NCBI GenBank assembly: GCA_051942205.1
Contig: JAVECO010000049.1
Location: forward strand, 1-64,000
DNA from: Coniocarpon cinnabarinum
Lineage: Eukaryota
DNA: 64,000 bases
Direction: 5' to 3'
Both the position numbers and the translations under genes were made by a program. Of the stretch, positions 48,874-60,341 are shown in pieces; the first letter of the stretch is position 1, and every line of letters begins with the position of its first letter. A model generated the notes under the pieces. It did no database searches. It had not been told where the DNA came from and worked only from the letters and a program-made list of their open reading frames with translations.

Positions 48874-51800
48874 TCATTTGAACAACGTCCTCAACTCCTC
48901 CATCTTGCGCTTCGCCTTGTCCTCCTTGTCATACTTCACTCCCTTCTCCATGCTCATGTCGGCAAGGTCCCTTTTCTTCTTCTGCAGGTCAAGCATTTTC
49001 TCTTCGAAGCTGTCTTGCATGATGTACTTGGTGATGATGACTTCCCGCTTCTGCCCAAGTCGGTGCACGCGTTCAATAGCTTGTGCTTCGGCTGCGGGAT
49101 TGAATTGAGGTTCCATAACGAAGACACGGCTTGCAGCAGTAAGGTTCAAACCAAGACCTCCAGCGCTGATTGACACAAGAATGCAAGTGACGTCTGGATT
49201 GTTCGAGAAAGCTGCAAGCACCTCACTGCGCTGCTTTCGCCCCAATGAGCCGTCAAGGCGAACATATCGGATCTTCGCGTTTGTGAGAGCCAGCTGGATC
49301 AAGTCAAGATGTGTCGTCCATCCTGAGAAAATGACAGATTTGATAGGTGGCTCACCAACCATCTTTTCGCTGACAACTGCGTCGCACTGCAGGGCCTGAA
49401 TGAGGGCCCGGGTTTTCGCGCTGGGGCCCGAATACCGACCCGCTTTGCGAGCAAGATGTGGGTTGTCACGAACGGCACGGATCGCAGCTTCGTCAGACTC
49501 GTAATCCCGCTGTGTCAACGGGAAGAAGGCGAATTTGGTGTAGGTCTCACAAAGCGGACAGTGGCCGTGGTTGTCATGGCCAGCAGCTGCATTGCATTCC
49601 TCCTTGAAGATTTCAATGCAGTGTGCACAGATCAATTGATTGCACTGAGCCAGGAATCCAAACGTATGATCTTTGTTTCGCTGCGTGCTGTCGTCATCGC
49701 TCTCATCGCTCTCGTCTTCTTCAGTGTCTGGCTCCTGTATTTCTTTGTGCTCAATAATGCGAGAGCATCGGGCGCAAGCATTAACGTCGGCGTCTTTCAT
49801 CATCCTGTAAAGCTCGAAGGCCTGACGCGAGGTTCGCTCGGGCTTATCGTCAATTGTCTCGAGGTCAATAGCTGTGTTCAGTGAGATGCCTTGAGCAGCA
49901 TCCCAATCCTCATCGCTCAAGAGGTCGGAACCACCGGCACAGAGAAGGCGCATGCGCAAGATTGCCTTGAGGACATGAGCATAAGTCTTCCCGCCAATCT
50001 TCTCTTTTTGTTTCACCATGACTTCGATGTTCCTCGTCGACTCCTGCGCGAAATAGTTGTAGAAATCGCGTTCCGAATCAGCCATCTCCAATCTGTTCAC
50101 AACCTCTTCACGCTTCGGAAGATCGATCTTATCTTTCAAACGGCGCAGGGTAATGCTGTCAACAAGCAATCGAAGCTTTGGGATGATCTCCGTGTCCGCT
50201 GTCTTGAACGGCGCAATTATCGATTCGGCGAAATTGCGAGGCTCATCGAAAGGCCGAATACGAAGAAATTTCATGAGCGCACCCAAATCCTCCAAACGAT
50301 TCTGAACCGGCGTACCGGTGACAGCCCATCGACGCTCTGCTGACAACGCGCAGACAGCTTTTGACTGTCTAGTCTGTTGCCCGCGGATGACATGGCCCTC
50401 GTCAAGGACAATGCGGAACCAGTGCGTCTCACCAAGGGGGTCTCTCGGTCGGTTGCGACTACGTTTCTCCGAATCTGCTGCAACCACTGTGTACGACGTG
50501 ATCACCATGTCAAAGTCTGTCAGGTTTTCCGGGTCTTGTGTTCGGTTTGGGCCGTGATAAACAATGTAATCGAATTTAGGATTTCCATGCCGGATATGCT
50601 GCTTTATCTGCTCCTCCCAGTTCGCCACTGTACTGAGCGGACAAACGAGCAAAGTTGCACGATTGTTGAAGGCGAGATCAGCTCGGTCTCCTTCGAATTG
50701 AGGTTTAGGTGGGACACCTTTCCCAAAGGCGCTGGCTTCTTCACGAGTATCGCAAATTAGTGACAAAACGTTCAAGGTCTTGCCGAGGCCCATCACGTCA
50801 GCCAGGATGCCGCCCAACACCGGTTCCGGCTCGGTCATCGTCTCATGTCCAGTAATTACATGGTACCAGCTGGTACGACCTCGACGATCCTGTTGCTTGT
50901 GCCAGAGCGAGCTCTCGTCTTCAGCCTCGTTACGCTTATCCTTTTCTCGTTCAGTCATGAAATAAAGTGCTTGCTTCTGATGAGACAGAAGTGGCGTCTT
51001 GATCATTTTCGGCTGCTCTCTCTGAGGCAAATCCTCGGTCTGCTTAATGCTGTCGAACATGCGGAACACGTCTTGGCGCACTTCTTCCTGAGTTCGAGTT
51101 ACCTGAGTATTGCCAGAATATCGTGAAGTGCTGGCAACAAGAGCCTTCTGCCTCGGCGCATGATCCTTCGGTGTATGAGGATTCACTAACTCAACATTGG
51201 CAGGAAGTTGCTGGGGGTCTCGGAGGAAGATGTTTTTCTGGCTGAATGCTCTTCCAGTGCCATTGACCATGTTGTACGGACAGTACACGATGAGAGTAAT
51301 GGGGTAATGCTTGGAAATGGACTGGCCAGGCATCTCCCAAGCATCTCTTGGACGCATGTCAAGACGTGCGTGGATTCGAATCTTCGAAGTTTTGATATAG
51401 TCCATCAAAGGTGCCAAAACACTTGCAGTCTTTACGTCGATTGTCCCAAAATCTCTGCCGGACGCATCAATGACACTAATGATGTGCGTGTTGAGCCCTG
51501 GGCGGCGCGCCAGTGTAACTTTTTGGGCAGGCCATACTTTCTGTGTGACCATTGAGTTCTTGCCAGGATGAGGTATTCTATGGGCATTGACTTGTGCGCC
51601 GTCGATCTTGCCAACGCAGACTTCGCGATTCTGATTGTCACTGACGACGACTAGCTCGTCGTCGCCCTGGTCTTCAGTTAGGTCGACTACCTTCGAGGTT
51701 GAGCCTTGCTTGGCTTGAGCTTCTTGCTTCTTCTCTTCAAAGAATTCTCCGATCACTCCACCGCCGCCCCTTTGCTGGTGCTCAGCCTTCTTATTGTGGG

Positions 51801-52086
51801 TCATGTCATCTTCGTCACCATTTGTCTCTTGGAGCTTTCGTCGCTTCGGTGCGGGCTCGTGACGCCTCTCAAGATTATGCATACGATCGTAAAAGCCGTT
51901 GACTTGATCATGCCCATCATAATCATTCGAGGAATCTGTGGCACCGGCGGGCGTCGTGGAAGTTGAGGTCATACCTGTCTGGAAAGAATTTGCTGGTTGT
52001 CTTTGCGCGGCTGCGGGAGCTGCCTGGGCTCGTCCTGCCTTAGGCGCAAGAAGCATTTTCGGGTCCAGATACTGTGGTGACGCCAT
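48874..52086 (-). CDS. SNF2-family helicase/ATPase with inserted RING-like finger (Rad5/HLTF-like), single exon
   Basis: GGILADVMGLGKT, LLVCPLS, RIVLDEGH, WAVTGTPVQN, CARC...C...CAHC...CPLC, KSVIFS, GGLGLNLTAA, QAIERVHRLGQ. Probable N-terminal HIRAN-like region. Confidence 0.93.
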   Translation of the reverse strand: MASPQYLDPKMLLAPKAGRAQAAPAAAQRQPANSFQTGMTSTSTTPAGATDSSNDYDGHDQVNGFYDRMHNLERRHEPAPKRRKLQETNGDEDDMTHNKKAEHQQRGGGGVIGEFFEEKKQEAQAKQGSTSKVVDLTEDQGDDELVVVSDNQNREVCVGKIDGAQVNAHRIPHPGKNSMVTQKVWPAQKVTLARRPGLNTHIISVIDASGRDFGTIDVKTASVLAPLMDYIKTSKIRIHARLDMRPRDAWEMPGQSISKHYPITLIVYCPYNMVNGTGRAFSQKNIFLRDPQQLPANVELVNPHTPKDHAPRQKALVASTSRYSGNTQVTRTQEEVRQDVFRMFDSIKQTEDLPQREQPKMIKTPLLSHQKQALYFMTEREKDKRNEAEDESSLWHKQQDRRGRTSWYHVITGHETMTEPEPVLGGILADVMGLGKTLNVLSLICDTREEASAFGKGVPPKPQFEGDRADLAFNNRATLLVCPLSTVANWEEQIKQHIRHGNPKFDYIVYHGPNRTQDPENLTDFDMVITSYTVVAADSEKRSRNRPRDPLGETHWFRIVLDEGHVIRGQQTRQSKAVCALSAERRWAVTGTPVQNRLEDLGALMKFLRIRPFDEPRNFAESIIAPFKTADTEIIPKLRLLVDSITLRRLKDKIDLPKREEVVNRLEMADSERDFYNYFAQESTRNIEVMVKQKEKIGGKTYAHVLKAILRMRLLCAGGSDLLSDEDWDAAQGISLNTAIDLETIDDKPERTSRQAFELYRMMKDADVNACARCSRIIEHKEIQEPDTEEDESDESDDDSTQRNKDHTFGFLAQCNQLICAHCIEIFKEECNAAAGHDNHGHCPLCETYTKFAFFPLTQRDYESDEAAIRAVRDNPHLARKAGRYSGPSAKTRALIQALQCDAVVSEKMVGEPPIKSVIFSGWTTHLDLIQLALTNAKIRYVRLDGSLGRKQRSEVLAAFSNNPDVTCILVSISAGGLGLNLTAASRVFVMEPQFNPAAEAQAIERVHRLGQKREVIITKYIMQDSFEEKMLDLQKKKRDLADMSMEKGVKYDKEDKAKRKMEELRTLFK

Positions 52087-52568
52087 GGTCGGAGTGTGCG
52101 GCCTCTGGCCGCGACTTGCCGGCAGAACAGACGAGCTAGACCATCACATACAGCTGTGGCTGCTCATGGCCTGGGGCAAGGTTGGTCGGTTGTGTCGTGT
52201 TGTGAAGTCAGGAAGGCACAAGGGACGGAAGGTCGAATGAAGTACGCAGCGGTGTAGGAGAGCTCCTAAAAATTCTCGCATGAGACTGCCCTCACTTGCT
52301 CACCTTGGTGCAGTTATTGAAACTTGAAGAAGGATAGTAGCATGACGTGACCGGAGATTGTCGGAAAGTCCGCCATTCAGGGTTTCATGACCCTTGTACC
52401 TCCAACGAACATGGCACTCGCGAGGACGACTTGCTGTAATTTACCCAGTGATTCCCATGGGAAGCGGGCGTTCTTGCGCATGTTGTGCCTGCAACAATTT
52501 GTGTCAGGCTGTTCGGCAGCGCTAATGAATACAGTATGCAAATCATCACCTTCATACAGAGACTGGTC

Positions 52569-54752
52569 TTAACACCAAGTGAACACCGGATTCTTGGCTT
52601 TGACCGTCTCTAACCGCTCCACAATGACCTTCTTATGGTTGCCCTCCATGTCACGCGCAGCAGCATAGCCCAAGTCGCCATCGTCATCTTCCTCGTGATC
52701 ACTCATTGCGCGTGCTGTAAAAGAAAGATTTCGCTTTCGACTCCTCTTCCACGTTGGAGATCTGGGCAGTTCTGAACTCATCCGTCCCAAGGTAGTAAAT
52801 CTCACATTCTTGTCTGGTCTTGATATAGGCGAGTTCGTCATACCTGCAGGACGCTCACCCTCCTCGCTCGTCTGCCGCGATAGGCTGAATTTCTGTGTTG
52901 TGGGGATTCCGTTGGATGGATGACCTAAATCGAGCAGGCTTCTGTTGACATTGGCTGCTGGTGACAAAGCCGAGCTGATGTCCATCTCCTCGCGCGGTGG
53001 AGTTGGCAATGGCTTGGTCACTGCACCATTGAGCCGCCGAGTTGCCTCCAGTGAGTTTCGGGGTGGTGAACGAACCATTGGCATGGCAGTGGGGACGTCA
53101 ACAACATCATCCCAGACATGGACACGGCCTCGACGAGTCAATTCCAGAGGACCGTGATCTGCGGTTTTCAAGGTCTCGACGACGTTCCATGCTTGCCCTT
53201 TCATTACTGCAATCTGGCGTGCGTACATCTTTTCTTGAAAGTCTGAGTCTTGACTGAAACATTTTCGCAAAGCTAACTGTGTCTCGCTCCACCATTGCTT
53301 AGACGTGAGAAGCGTCAGGAAATGATCTCTAGTTTTCTGTGAGAATGGCTGTCCTATCAAGGAGACTGGAAGGAAGAGCCAGCCAAACGGGAAGCTTCGC
53401 CACGCATCCGGATGTTTCCAGGGCCAAGATAAACTATTGTCGATAGCACCTAGCATTAAACGCTGATTGTCCTCGGCATTTTGAGGTCCATTTGACTGCA
53501 TGTCTCCAGTCGGGAGGTAGGGGCTTCGCTCTGGCTCAGCTGACTCTTCTGGTAACTTTGGTGGTTCAGCAACGATTGAGGCTTTCTGCTCAGCCTGGTC
53601 AATGTGGATCATCCAATTGTCAAGACCCCTGTCTGTGTTGCGCATAATGTAGTCCAAAATAACGAGCTTTTCCAATTCTTCACGAAATGACTGCTGCAGA
53701 CTCGGTGTCCAAAATTGCTTCCGCTCTTGAGTCTCCTGGCGTCCCGGCGGCAACTCTTCGCTTTCGTCATCATCAGACTCAAAGCTACCCCGACAAGCGT
53801 CCCTCCACCTGCTTCGTTTTCTTGCGGAAGACCTCGATTTTACGTTTGCTTGGTCGGGCCAGGGGTATCGCTGTAAGAATTGTGTTGCATCTTCATATCC
53901 CTTCAAAAACACCTGCAGACTGCCAAGCTTAGGTGGTAGAGCTTTTCGCTTTCTATAGTAGGCACGACGCTCCCATATGTCGTAATGGAATGCTATTGAC
54001 GAAAATGACACGACGTCGGTATAGGGGACAATGTTTGTTTGTAATCGAGAGTCTAGAACGTAGGCAGCTGCTTCGGAGATGTAGCTCAGATTGGGAATGA
54101 GACATGCGCGACCAAAAAAGCACGGGAACAGATTGCGATGTAGCCATTTTGTCCACTTTGGGTTCTTTGACGCGTATGGCTCCTCGTCCTTGGGTTTGAA
54201 CACGCCGACCGTTTTCCCTTGGGAGTTGCGGGCAAAGTAGCTCCCAGAGCTGCCCTTTGAGATCATCTTGGGATGCATGCCTTGCTCGATAGCGATGTTG
54301 ATACTCTCAACAGTGTCATCAAATTGCGCCTTGGTCATACGAGACTCCGGATGATCCAACAGCCTGCTGGGTGTCTTCGGTCGAAACCCCTCTGGAGACT
54401 GGAACACTGAGTAGTGAATCTCCAGCGGCTCATCCTCCACCGTTCTCTCTTTTCGCCTCCTGAACTTGGACGCTATTTCGTCTGCCCATCTCTCTAATCG
54501 AGCGTTGATTGCTTTGATGTCCACTCCAGAGTTCGAGCGCTGCCGAGCAAGACCTCTTCTCTTAGGAGTGTCATAGCCAGAGCTCCGCCGAGACATTCGC
54601 CCGCCCCGGCGACCAGGTTGGATGGGCGCATAATGTGTGTCTGAATTGACCCGGGATAGTACGGCTTGTTCTTCATCCGAGTTGTCTAGATACTCCTCTT
54701 CTTCTGCTTGTGCAAGACGCTCGTATCCGGATGCAGCGGGTCGTCGAGGCAT
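52569..54752 (-). CDS. LSB6: Type II phosphatidylinositol 4-kinase, single exon
   Basis: ISKGSSGSYF, VFKPKDEEPY, NPKWTKW, FGRACLIPN, LDYIMRNTDRGLDNW, AIDNSLSWPWKHPD, QIAVMKGQAWN. Confidence 0.95.
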   Translation of the reverse strand: MPRRPAASGYERLAQAEEEEYLDNSDEEQAVLSRVNSDTHYAPIQPGRRGGRMSRRSSGYDTPKRRGLARQRSNSGVDIKAINARLERWADEIASKFRRRKERTVEDEPLEIHYSVFQSPEGFRPKTPSRLLDHPESRMTKAQFDDTVESINIAIEQGMHPKMISKGSSGSYFARNSQGKTVGVFKPKDEEPYASKNPKWTKWLHRNLFPCFFGRACLIPNLSYISEAAAYVLDSRLQTNIVPYTDVVSFSSIAFHYDIWERRAYYRKRKALPPKLGSLQVFLKGYEDATQFLQRYPWPDQANVKSRSSARKRSRWRDACRGSFESDDDESEELPPGRQETQERKQFWTPSLQQSFREELEKLVILDYIMRNTDRGLDNWMIHIDQAEQKASIVAEPPKLPEESAEPERSPYLPTGDMQSNGPQNAEDNQRLMLGAIDNSLSWPWKHPDAWRSFPFGWLFLPVSLIGQPFSQKTRDHFLTLLTSKQWWSETQLALRKCFSQDSDFQEKMYARQIAVMKGQAWNVVETLKTADHGPLELTRRGRVHVWDDVVDVPTAMPMVRSPPRNSLEATRRLNGAVTKPLPTPPREEMDISSALSPAANVNRSLLDLGHPSNGIPTTQKFSLSRQTSEEGERPAGMTNSPISRPDKNVRFTTLGRMSSELPRSPTWKRSRKRNLSFTARAMSDHEEDDDGDLGYAAARDMEGNHKKVIVERLETVKAKNPVFTWC

Positions 54753-55160
54753 TTGGAATGAGACCAGACAGCTTCGAGTGTATACAGGATGTCATTGAAG
54801 CATTCAGATAGGGATTTGCCAGGAGTTACCACGCTCGTGGAGCAGTTGCATAAGGTGGCCGCCTGACCACCGCTCGCGGCGTTTGGCGATTCAGGGTGGT
54901 CCAAGCTTTGTTGGAATTTGCCCCTTTTCCTACGGTCCCCTTTGGATCACCTCACTGCTCCCCTATATGATCCTGATGATCTACCTATTGCACAGGTCGA
55001 CCTTCCAAGGCAAGGAATGTGGACACTCAGTACGAGGTCAGATTATTCTGCAGATGACAATCTCTATTCGCAAGGTAATCACAACTACATACAATGGCTA
55101 ATGCTCTATTCGTACAACGTATGCTATCATCCATGGCTGTGCCAGCCTCCTTGCGCGGTT

Positions 55161-57259
55161 CTACCGACCGCTAATGCGACGTCTTGCCCATCCACCTCCA
55201 AGTCCCTCCTCTACAACCTTTCCTGAGACATTGCGTGCGTTCATGCCCATGAACTCCTTGAACTCATTTGGTTCCTGCCCATAGACGCTTTCCATTCCAT
55301 CGCTCAAATCAACTCCAGTCCGACTCAAGACTCGACCTTTCCCATCGATACGCTCGTTGAGCTGTTCGTACTGAGGCTGTTCGTCCCTTTCTATTATCTT
55401 GATTGTTTGTCGGCTTCGTGGTGGCGTCAGCCATTCGTTCGTGTTAACGCCCGGCTCTTGGTGTGGTGATGGCAACGGCCGCCTTGGAGCAGGGCTGGCT
55501 TGCGGACTATTGCGGACACCATTCACAGCGGATTTGAGATCACCATAATATCGGCCTTTTCCGGGCGACGAAGGGCGCGAGCCGTTCGCAGACGTGCCAG
55601 GAGAAGAGGGGCTTGGTGGTGCAAATTCAAATCCACGCCTCTCGAAACCTGGACTTGAATAACCAGCTGCTAAAGGTGGTGGCGTGGGAGGATTCATACT
55701 CAGCGGCTGAAGGACCACGGTTGGATCCCAAATCTTTTTGTGCAAGGGTGGAGCTGGCGACTTTGGCGGTGGAGTCGGTGCGTATCTGTCCTCGTACATT
55801 GGCTCATCGTCTAGGTTCTCGACGAACGAAGAATTGCGAATTGGCTGATACGGACGCGTAAGCTGGACTACATTCTCGGTGCTTGATTCTTCATCCTCTT
55901 CTGGCACGATCGAAAACACTGACTCGCCCTGCCCATCATTCTCCTTGTCCTCCTGGAATGTGCACCAGTTTTCGGCATCGGAAAAGGTGCCACAGGCACG
56001 CTTGCTGGACTTGCGGGGAAGAATTGGCGCGGACTTTTTGCTACCGTCACTTTGGTCAGAATAAACCGAAGAAGCTGCGACTGAATTAAGCCGGGACAGC
56101 TCTGTCTGTTTGAGAGGAGAGCCAGCCCTTGGTGGGGGCTTTGCGCTGTGACTGATATGAGTGTTGGGGACGCGTTGCCTCGTGGGCTGGCAATGAATAC
56201 TCGAGCTGGCGGAGGACGGTGGCCCCTCCTGGGAGTCTGCGACGCCGGGAGCAGAAATTGGCAGACTGGCTCGTGATTCATTCGCGGTTTTGGGGTTATG
56301 AGGAGAGTATGGCTGACCTGTTGATTCGTTGCGCGTGGACAAGAAAGAAAGAGGTCGCTTTTCATCCTCCCACGGTAAAGAGATCCCACTGTCATGTTTG
56401 CTGCGCAGCTCTGAAACATCAGACATATCTGAGCTTTTATACTTGTGCTTGCTCTTCCGACGAGATGTCAGATTATCCTCGAGAGGGTTTAGGTCAGGAG
56501 GTAGCTTCGCAATCTTGCGGAAAATGATCGCCAAATAGACTGACAAGCTCGCCGTCACTACATGCAGACCACCGACAACAAGAGCAATGATCCATGTGTA
56601 AGCGATCAAGCTATTTGCGGCATCCGGTGATTTGAGGAGCGATCTCCACCGGTTCTTGTTGTCCACTGGTTGACTAACATTCCATCGATCTGTCAGTGCA
56701 ATGAATACATAAAATGGGATGATGGCAATGTCAATAAGGGTTGCAAAAGTATGATAGCTAGCTGCGCTGGCTGGGACTTTCTTCTTCGCTCCACGAGCGA
56801 AATGCGCTATGCCGTAGAGTGCGACGATGAAATCTACAGCTGGCTACTGGACGTTAGCGCTGCGCTCAGAGCAGCAATTACTCCCATGCTACTCACAGCA
56901 GCCCGTGTGACCCAGCTAGCGATTCCCTGCACATTTGAAAGCAGCGCCATGCACACAAGCACTCCCGTAGCTCCTACCCAGTTGAGGCTTCGTAAGACTA
57001 ATTGGATCCATCTTACGATCTGAATATTTCGCTTCGTCGTTGATTTGAGTGGAATGGCGTTTGTTGCACCGTACGGCGCCTGTTGCCAGCTGTCGGGGTG
57101 CCTGTTAAAATTGATCAAAGGACCCTCATGCTTGGGCTTTGGAGGAGCTGGTGTCCAGCTCGCCCTCGTCACGGCTTTAGGATCAAACCCACTGCTGAAT
57201 GGGTCGCTGTATTGGTCTTTCTGATTGTAGTAGAGGTAGGGCTGCACAGTCCGACCCAT
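55161..57259 (-). CDS. Hypothetical fungal membrane protein (4 N-terminal TM segments, long disordered Pro/Ser-rich tail)
   Basis: MGRTVQPYLY...FDPKAVTRASW...GPLINFNRHPDS. Intron 56844-56896. Exon 2 (PAVDFIVALYG...PASAASYHTF...FRKIAKLPPDLNPLEDNLTSR) runs in frame into ORF 55161-56666. Confidence 0.8.
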
Positions 57260-57606
57260 AGTGGTGAAGCTGATGAGGAGACTAACGACCACTGCGAGTA
57301 GCGGCGTCGCGTGTAATGGCCACGAACAGTGCCAGTGTCAGGCTTGTTTACATTTAGCGATTTGTCAGGGCAACTATCGCCGAAGTGCGGGCCGAAGCCT
57401 TCGGGTCCGACGATGTCTCGGGCCGGTATCAACGCAATGCCAAGCGCGTCGCCTTGCACGAATATAAGTACCACCACAATGCCCGTTAATTGTCTGTGTT
57501 GTTGATTTGAAGCGTCATCGATTGCGCAGGCCGGAGTGGGTGTACAATTCATGCATGACTGTCAAATCTTAGCCTCGTCTGCGTGCTCGGGTACAGCCTG
57601 CACGGC

Positions 57607-59284
57607 ATGGTCTTCCCTTCGCGTTTCGTTTGCGAAGCATGCCGATCTGCAATAAGAGCCTTTTCCAGACTTCCGAGGGAACAACGACGTTATGCATCCA
57701 ACCATGGTCTCAGAAGGGCGATGCGGCTTGGTGTTGTGGGTTCTGGTCCAGCCGGCTACTATGCTGCGATCCGGGTTAGGCAGAAATTGCCTAACGCCTT
57801 CATCGACATGTATGAGAAGCTTCCTGTTCCCTATGGATTAGTCCGATACGGAGTCGCGCCGGATCATCCAGAAGTGAAAGTGCGCAATGCATTCACCAAG
57901 TCAGCTTCCTGAAAACGCTAAAGTGAACCAGAACTGTCAGGATCGTTTCGAAGAGGTCGCGCCACAATCTCATGGCCTGTTTCATTACGTAGGAAATGTT
58001 TCCATTGGTGATCAGATTAACATATCAAACCTGAAGCAACACTACGATGCATTGCTCTTTGCATATGGAGCATCGACTGATCGTCTTCTCGGCATCCCGG
58101 GAGAAGCGTCCACGCACGGCATTTATTCGGCACGTGGCTTTGTTGGATGGTACAACGGCCTGCCGGAGTTCGCTGGCCTTGCGCCAGACCTTGATGCAGA
58201 GCATGCAGTGGTCATCGGAAATGGAAATGTGGCCCTCGACATTGCAAGAATTTTGCTAACTGATGTTGACGCGTTGCGGAAGACAGACATTAGCGACTCA
58301 GCACTGGATACACTTTCCAAGTCTCGCGTAAAAAAGGTCACCATTGCCGGTCGACGAGGTCCTATGCAAGCCGCCTTCACGATCAAAGAACTTCGAGAAC
58401 TGGTCAATCTCCCAGCTTGCGCCTTTCATGCGGACAAGCAGGAGCTTATTCCTTCTGCTGGCTGGATTTCCAAGCTCCCGCGCCTCGAACAAAGGAAGTA
58501 TCGATTTGCGAAGCTTCTGACAGAAGGCGTCCTCGAAGGCGATAAGCAATGCACACTCCGATCAATGATCTCTCCAGATGCATTTCTTAGTTCTAACAAT
58601 GACGGAAACCTATCCCACATACGATTCAGACATAACGTCTTCGAGGACGACTCCAGCAGATTCGTTGCAAGCGCAAAGGTCAAGCCAACGACAGAAACAG
58701 AGGACGTCGAGACGCAAGTCGCTTTCAGATCGATTGGGTACAAAGCAGAGCCTATTAACGGGCTGCGAGATGATCTGGGCATTGAATTTGATCGGGCCAA
58801 GGGTATCATTCCCAATGATGGCTTCGGACGAGCACTGAAGTCCTCAAACGCTGAAGAATCGGACGGTGATAACTCTGCTCCAGGTTGCTATTGCGCTGGT
58901 TGGGTGAAGAACGGCCCAACTGGGGTTATTGCCACTACAATGGAAGATGCATTCGCGACCGCCGATGCAATGATTCAGGATTGGAACAGTGGCCGGCAGA
59001 TGCTACGCGAATGCCACCCTGATGACGACAATATGTCGGGTTGGGAAGCCCTTCGTGGGGGGTTGTTGGAGGATGATCCTGCAATCAATGAATTTGCTAC
59101 GTGGCGCGATTGGAAGGCTATTGACTGGTTCGAAAAGCAGCTCGGAAAAGAAAATGGTGGCAAACCGCGCTCCAAAATCACCGACGTTGCGGAGATGATG
59201 AGGCATGCGCAGACAGTTAGAAACATGCAACCCGCTTGTGAACAGCACAATGAGATCATGGGCGAACGCGAAATCGCTCGTTGA
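57607..59284 (+). CDS. ARH1: Mitochondrial NADPH:adrenodoxin (ferredoxin) oxidoreductase
   Basis: VVGSGPAGYY, PVPYGLVRYGVAPDHPEVK/NCQ across intron 57880-57931, VVIGNGNVALD, GRRGPMQAAFTIKELRE, RSIGYK, GWVKNGPTGVIATTM. Mitochondrial-type N-terminus. Confidence 0.95.
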
Positions 59285-59410
59285 ACCTGCACTTGCAGAA
59301 GCAGTTCCCTCGCCCATGAAAGCTGCTGATACGATCCGACATGAAGGCTCCGACTTCCACGTCAATCTTACGAAGTGCTCGAGCAAAGGCTTCAGCAAAG
59401 GCTTCAGCAG

Positions 59411-60069
59411 CTACAGAGACTCCCTCGAGTCCGAAACGTTTGCACGAAGCTTATCTCGTGCATCCATGAGTGATTTGCCTTGCAGATTCTCGCCCCACTG
59501 ACTTCGATCACTACTTGGCGCGTCCTCAATTGAAAAGCCAATTCCCCATATTCTATCCGTCGGGCTTGCCTCCACGATCTCCTTCTCACCAGTCTCCAAG
59601 AGCAAACCTCTCAGCGTCGAATCCGGACGAGGCTCTGGATTTGATCCTTGGTGGTGCGAAACCCCCTGTTGAAATTTCAGGTAGTTTCCATTGCCGACGA
59701 TGGAAACCTTGTGTTCATTCCAAATGTTCGAATCGAAATTTTTGACTTCACGGCCGAGCTGTTTCTGTTCGGCCGGAGTCTTGGCTTCTGCAATGCTGTT
59801 AAATCCATGCATGCCAGCTGCAGGACAAAATCTACACTTCTGGCGACGGACATTGACTCACTTTGGATCTTCTCGGCAGTCTCCTTGTCTTTGAACAACA
59901 GTGCCTTTTGATACATCATGTACATTTCAGAACTTCGATACTCAACTCCCTCCCTGTCCTTGAAACCGACCGGGTACCATGGCGATAGGAACTGCTGCCA
60001 TCTGCCATCGCCAACATTGAAGAAATACACTGGATCAGTCCCGCCCAGCTGTGCCCCTGAAGTCGCCAT
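59411..60069 (-). CDS. NADAR (YbiA/DUF1768) family protein
   Basis: FLSPWY...F...YRSSEMYMMYQKALLFKD, QKQLGREVKNFD...W, GNYLKF, LLETGEKEIVEASPTDRIWGIG, WGENLQGKSLM. Intron 59788-59861. Confidence 0.92.
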
Positions 60070-60341
60070 CCTCCGAAGCACGGGTTTCAAGCACCAGCTT
60101 GTGGGTCTCTTGACTTTGACAAGTTCTCTAAACTCGAGGTGGAAGACTCTGAGTATATCAGCTCGCGTGGAAGCTCAGTACGATATTCTTTGGTCATGTA
60201 GACCGATAGTAAAATGTACCATCTAGTCGTCATCGTGAACTGCTGCGGTGACATATTGTTTGTGGCCAGCCCATGCAGGACCCCGCTGGCAACAAGCTGT
60301 CTTTCTCACCCTGAAGGTATGCGCTTTTTTGACCCTATGAC

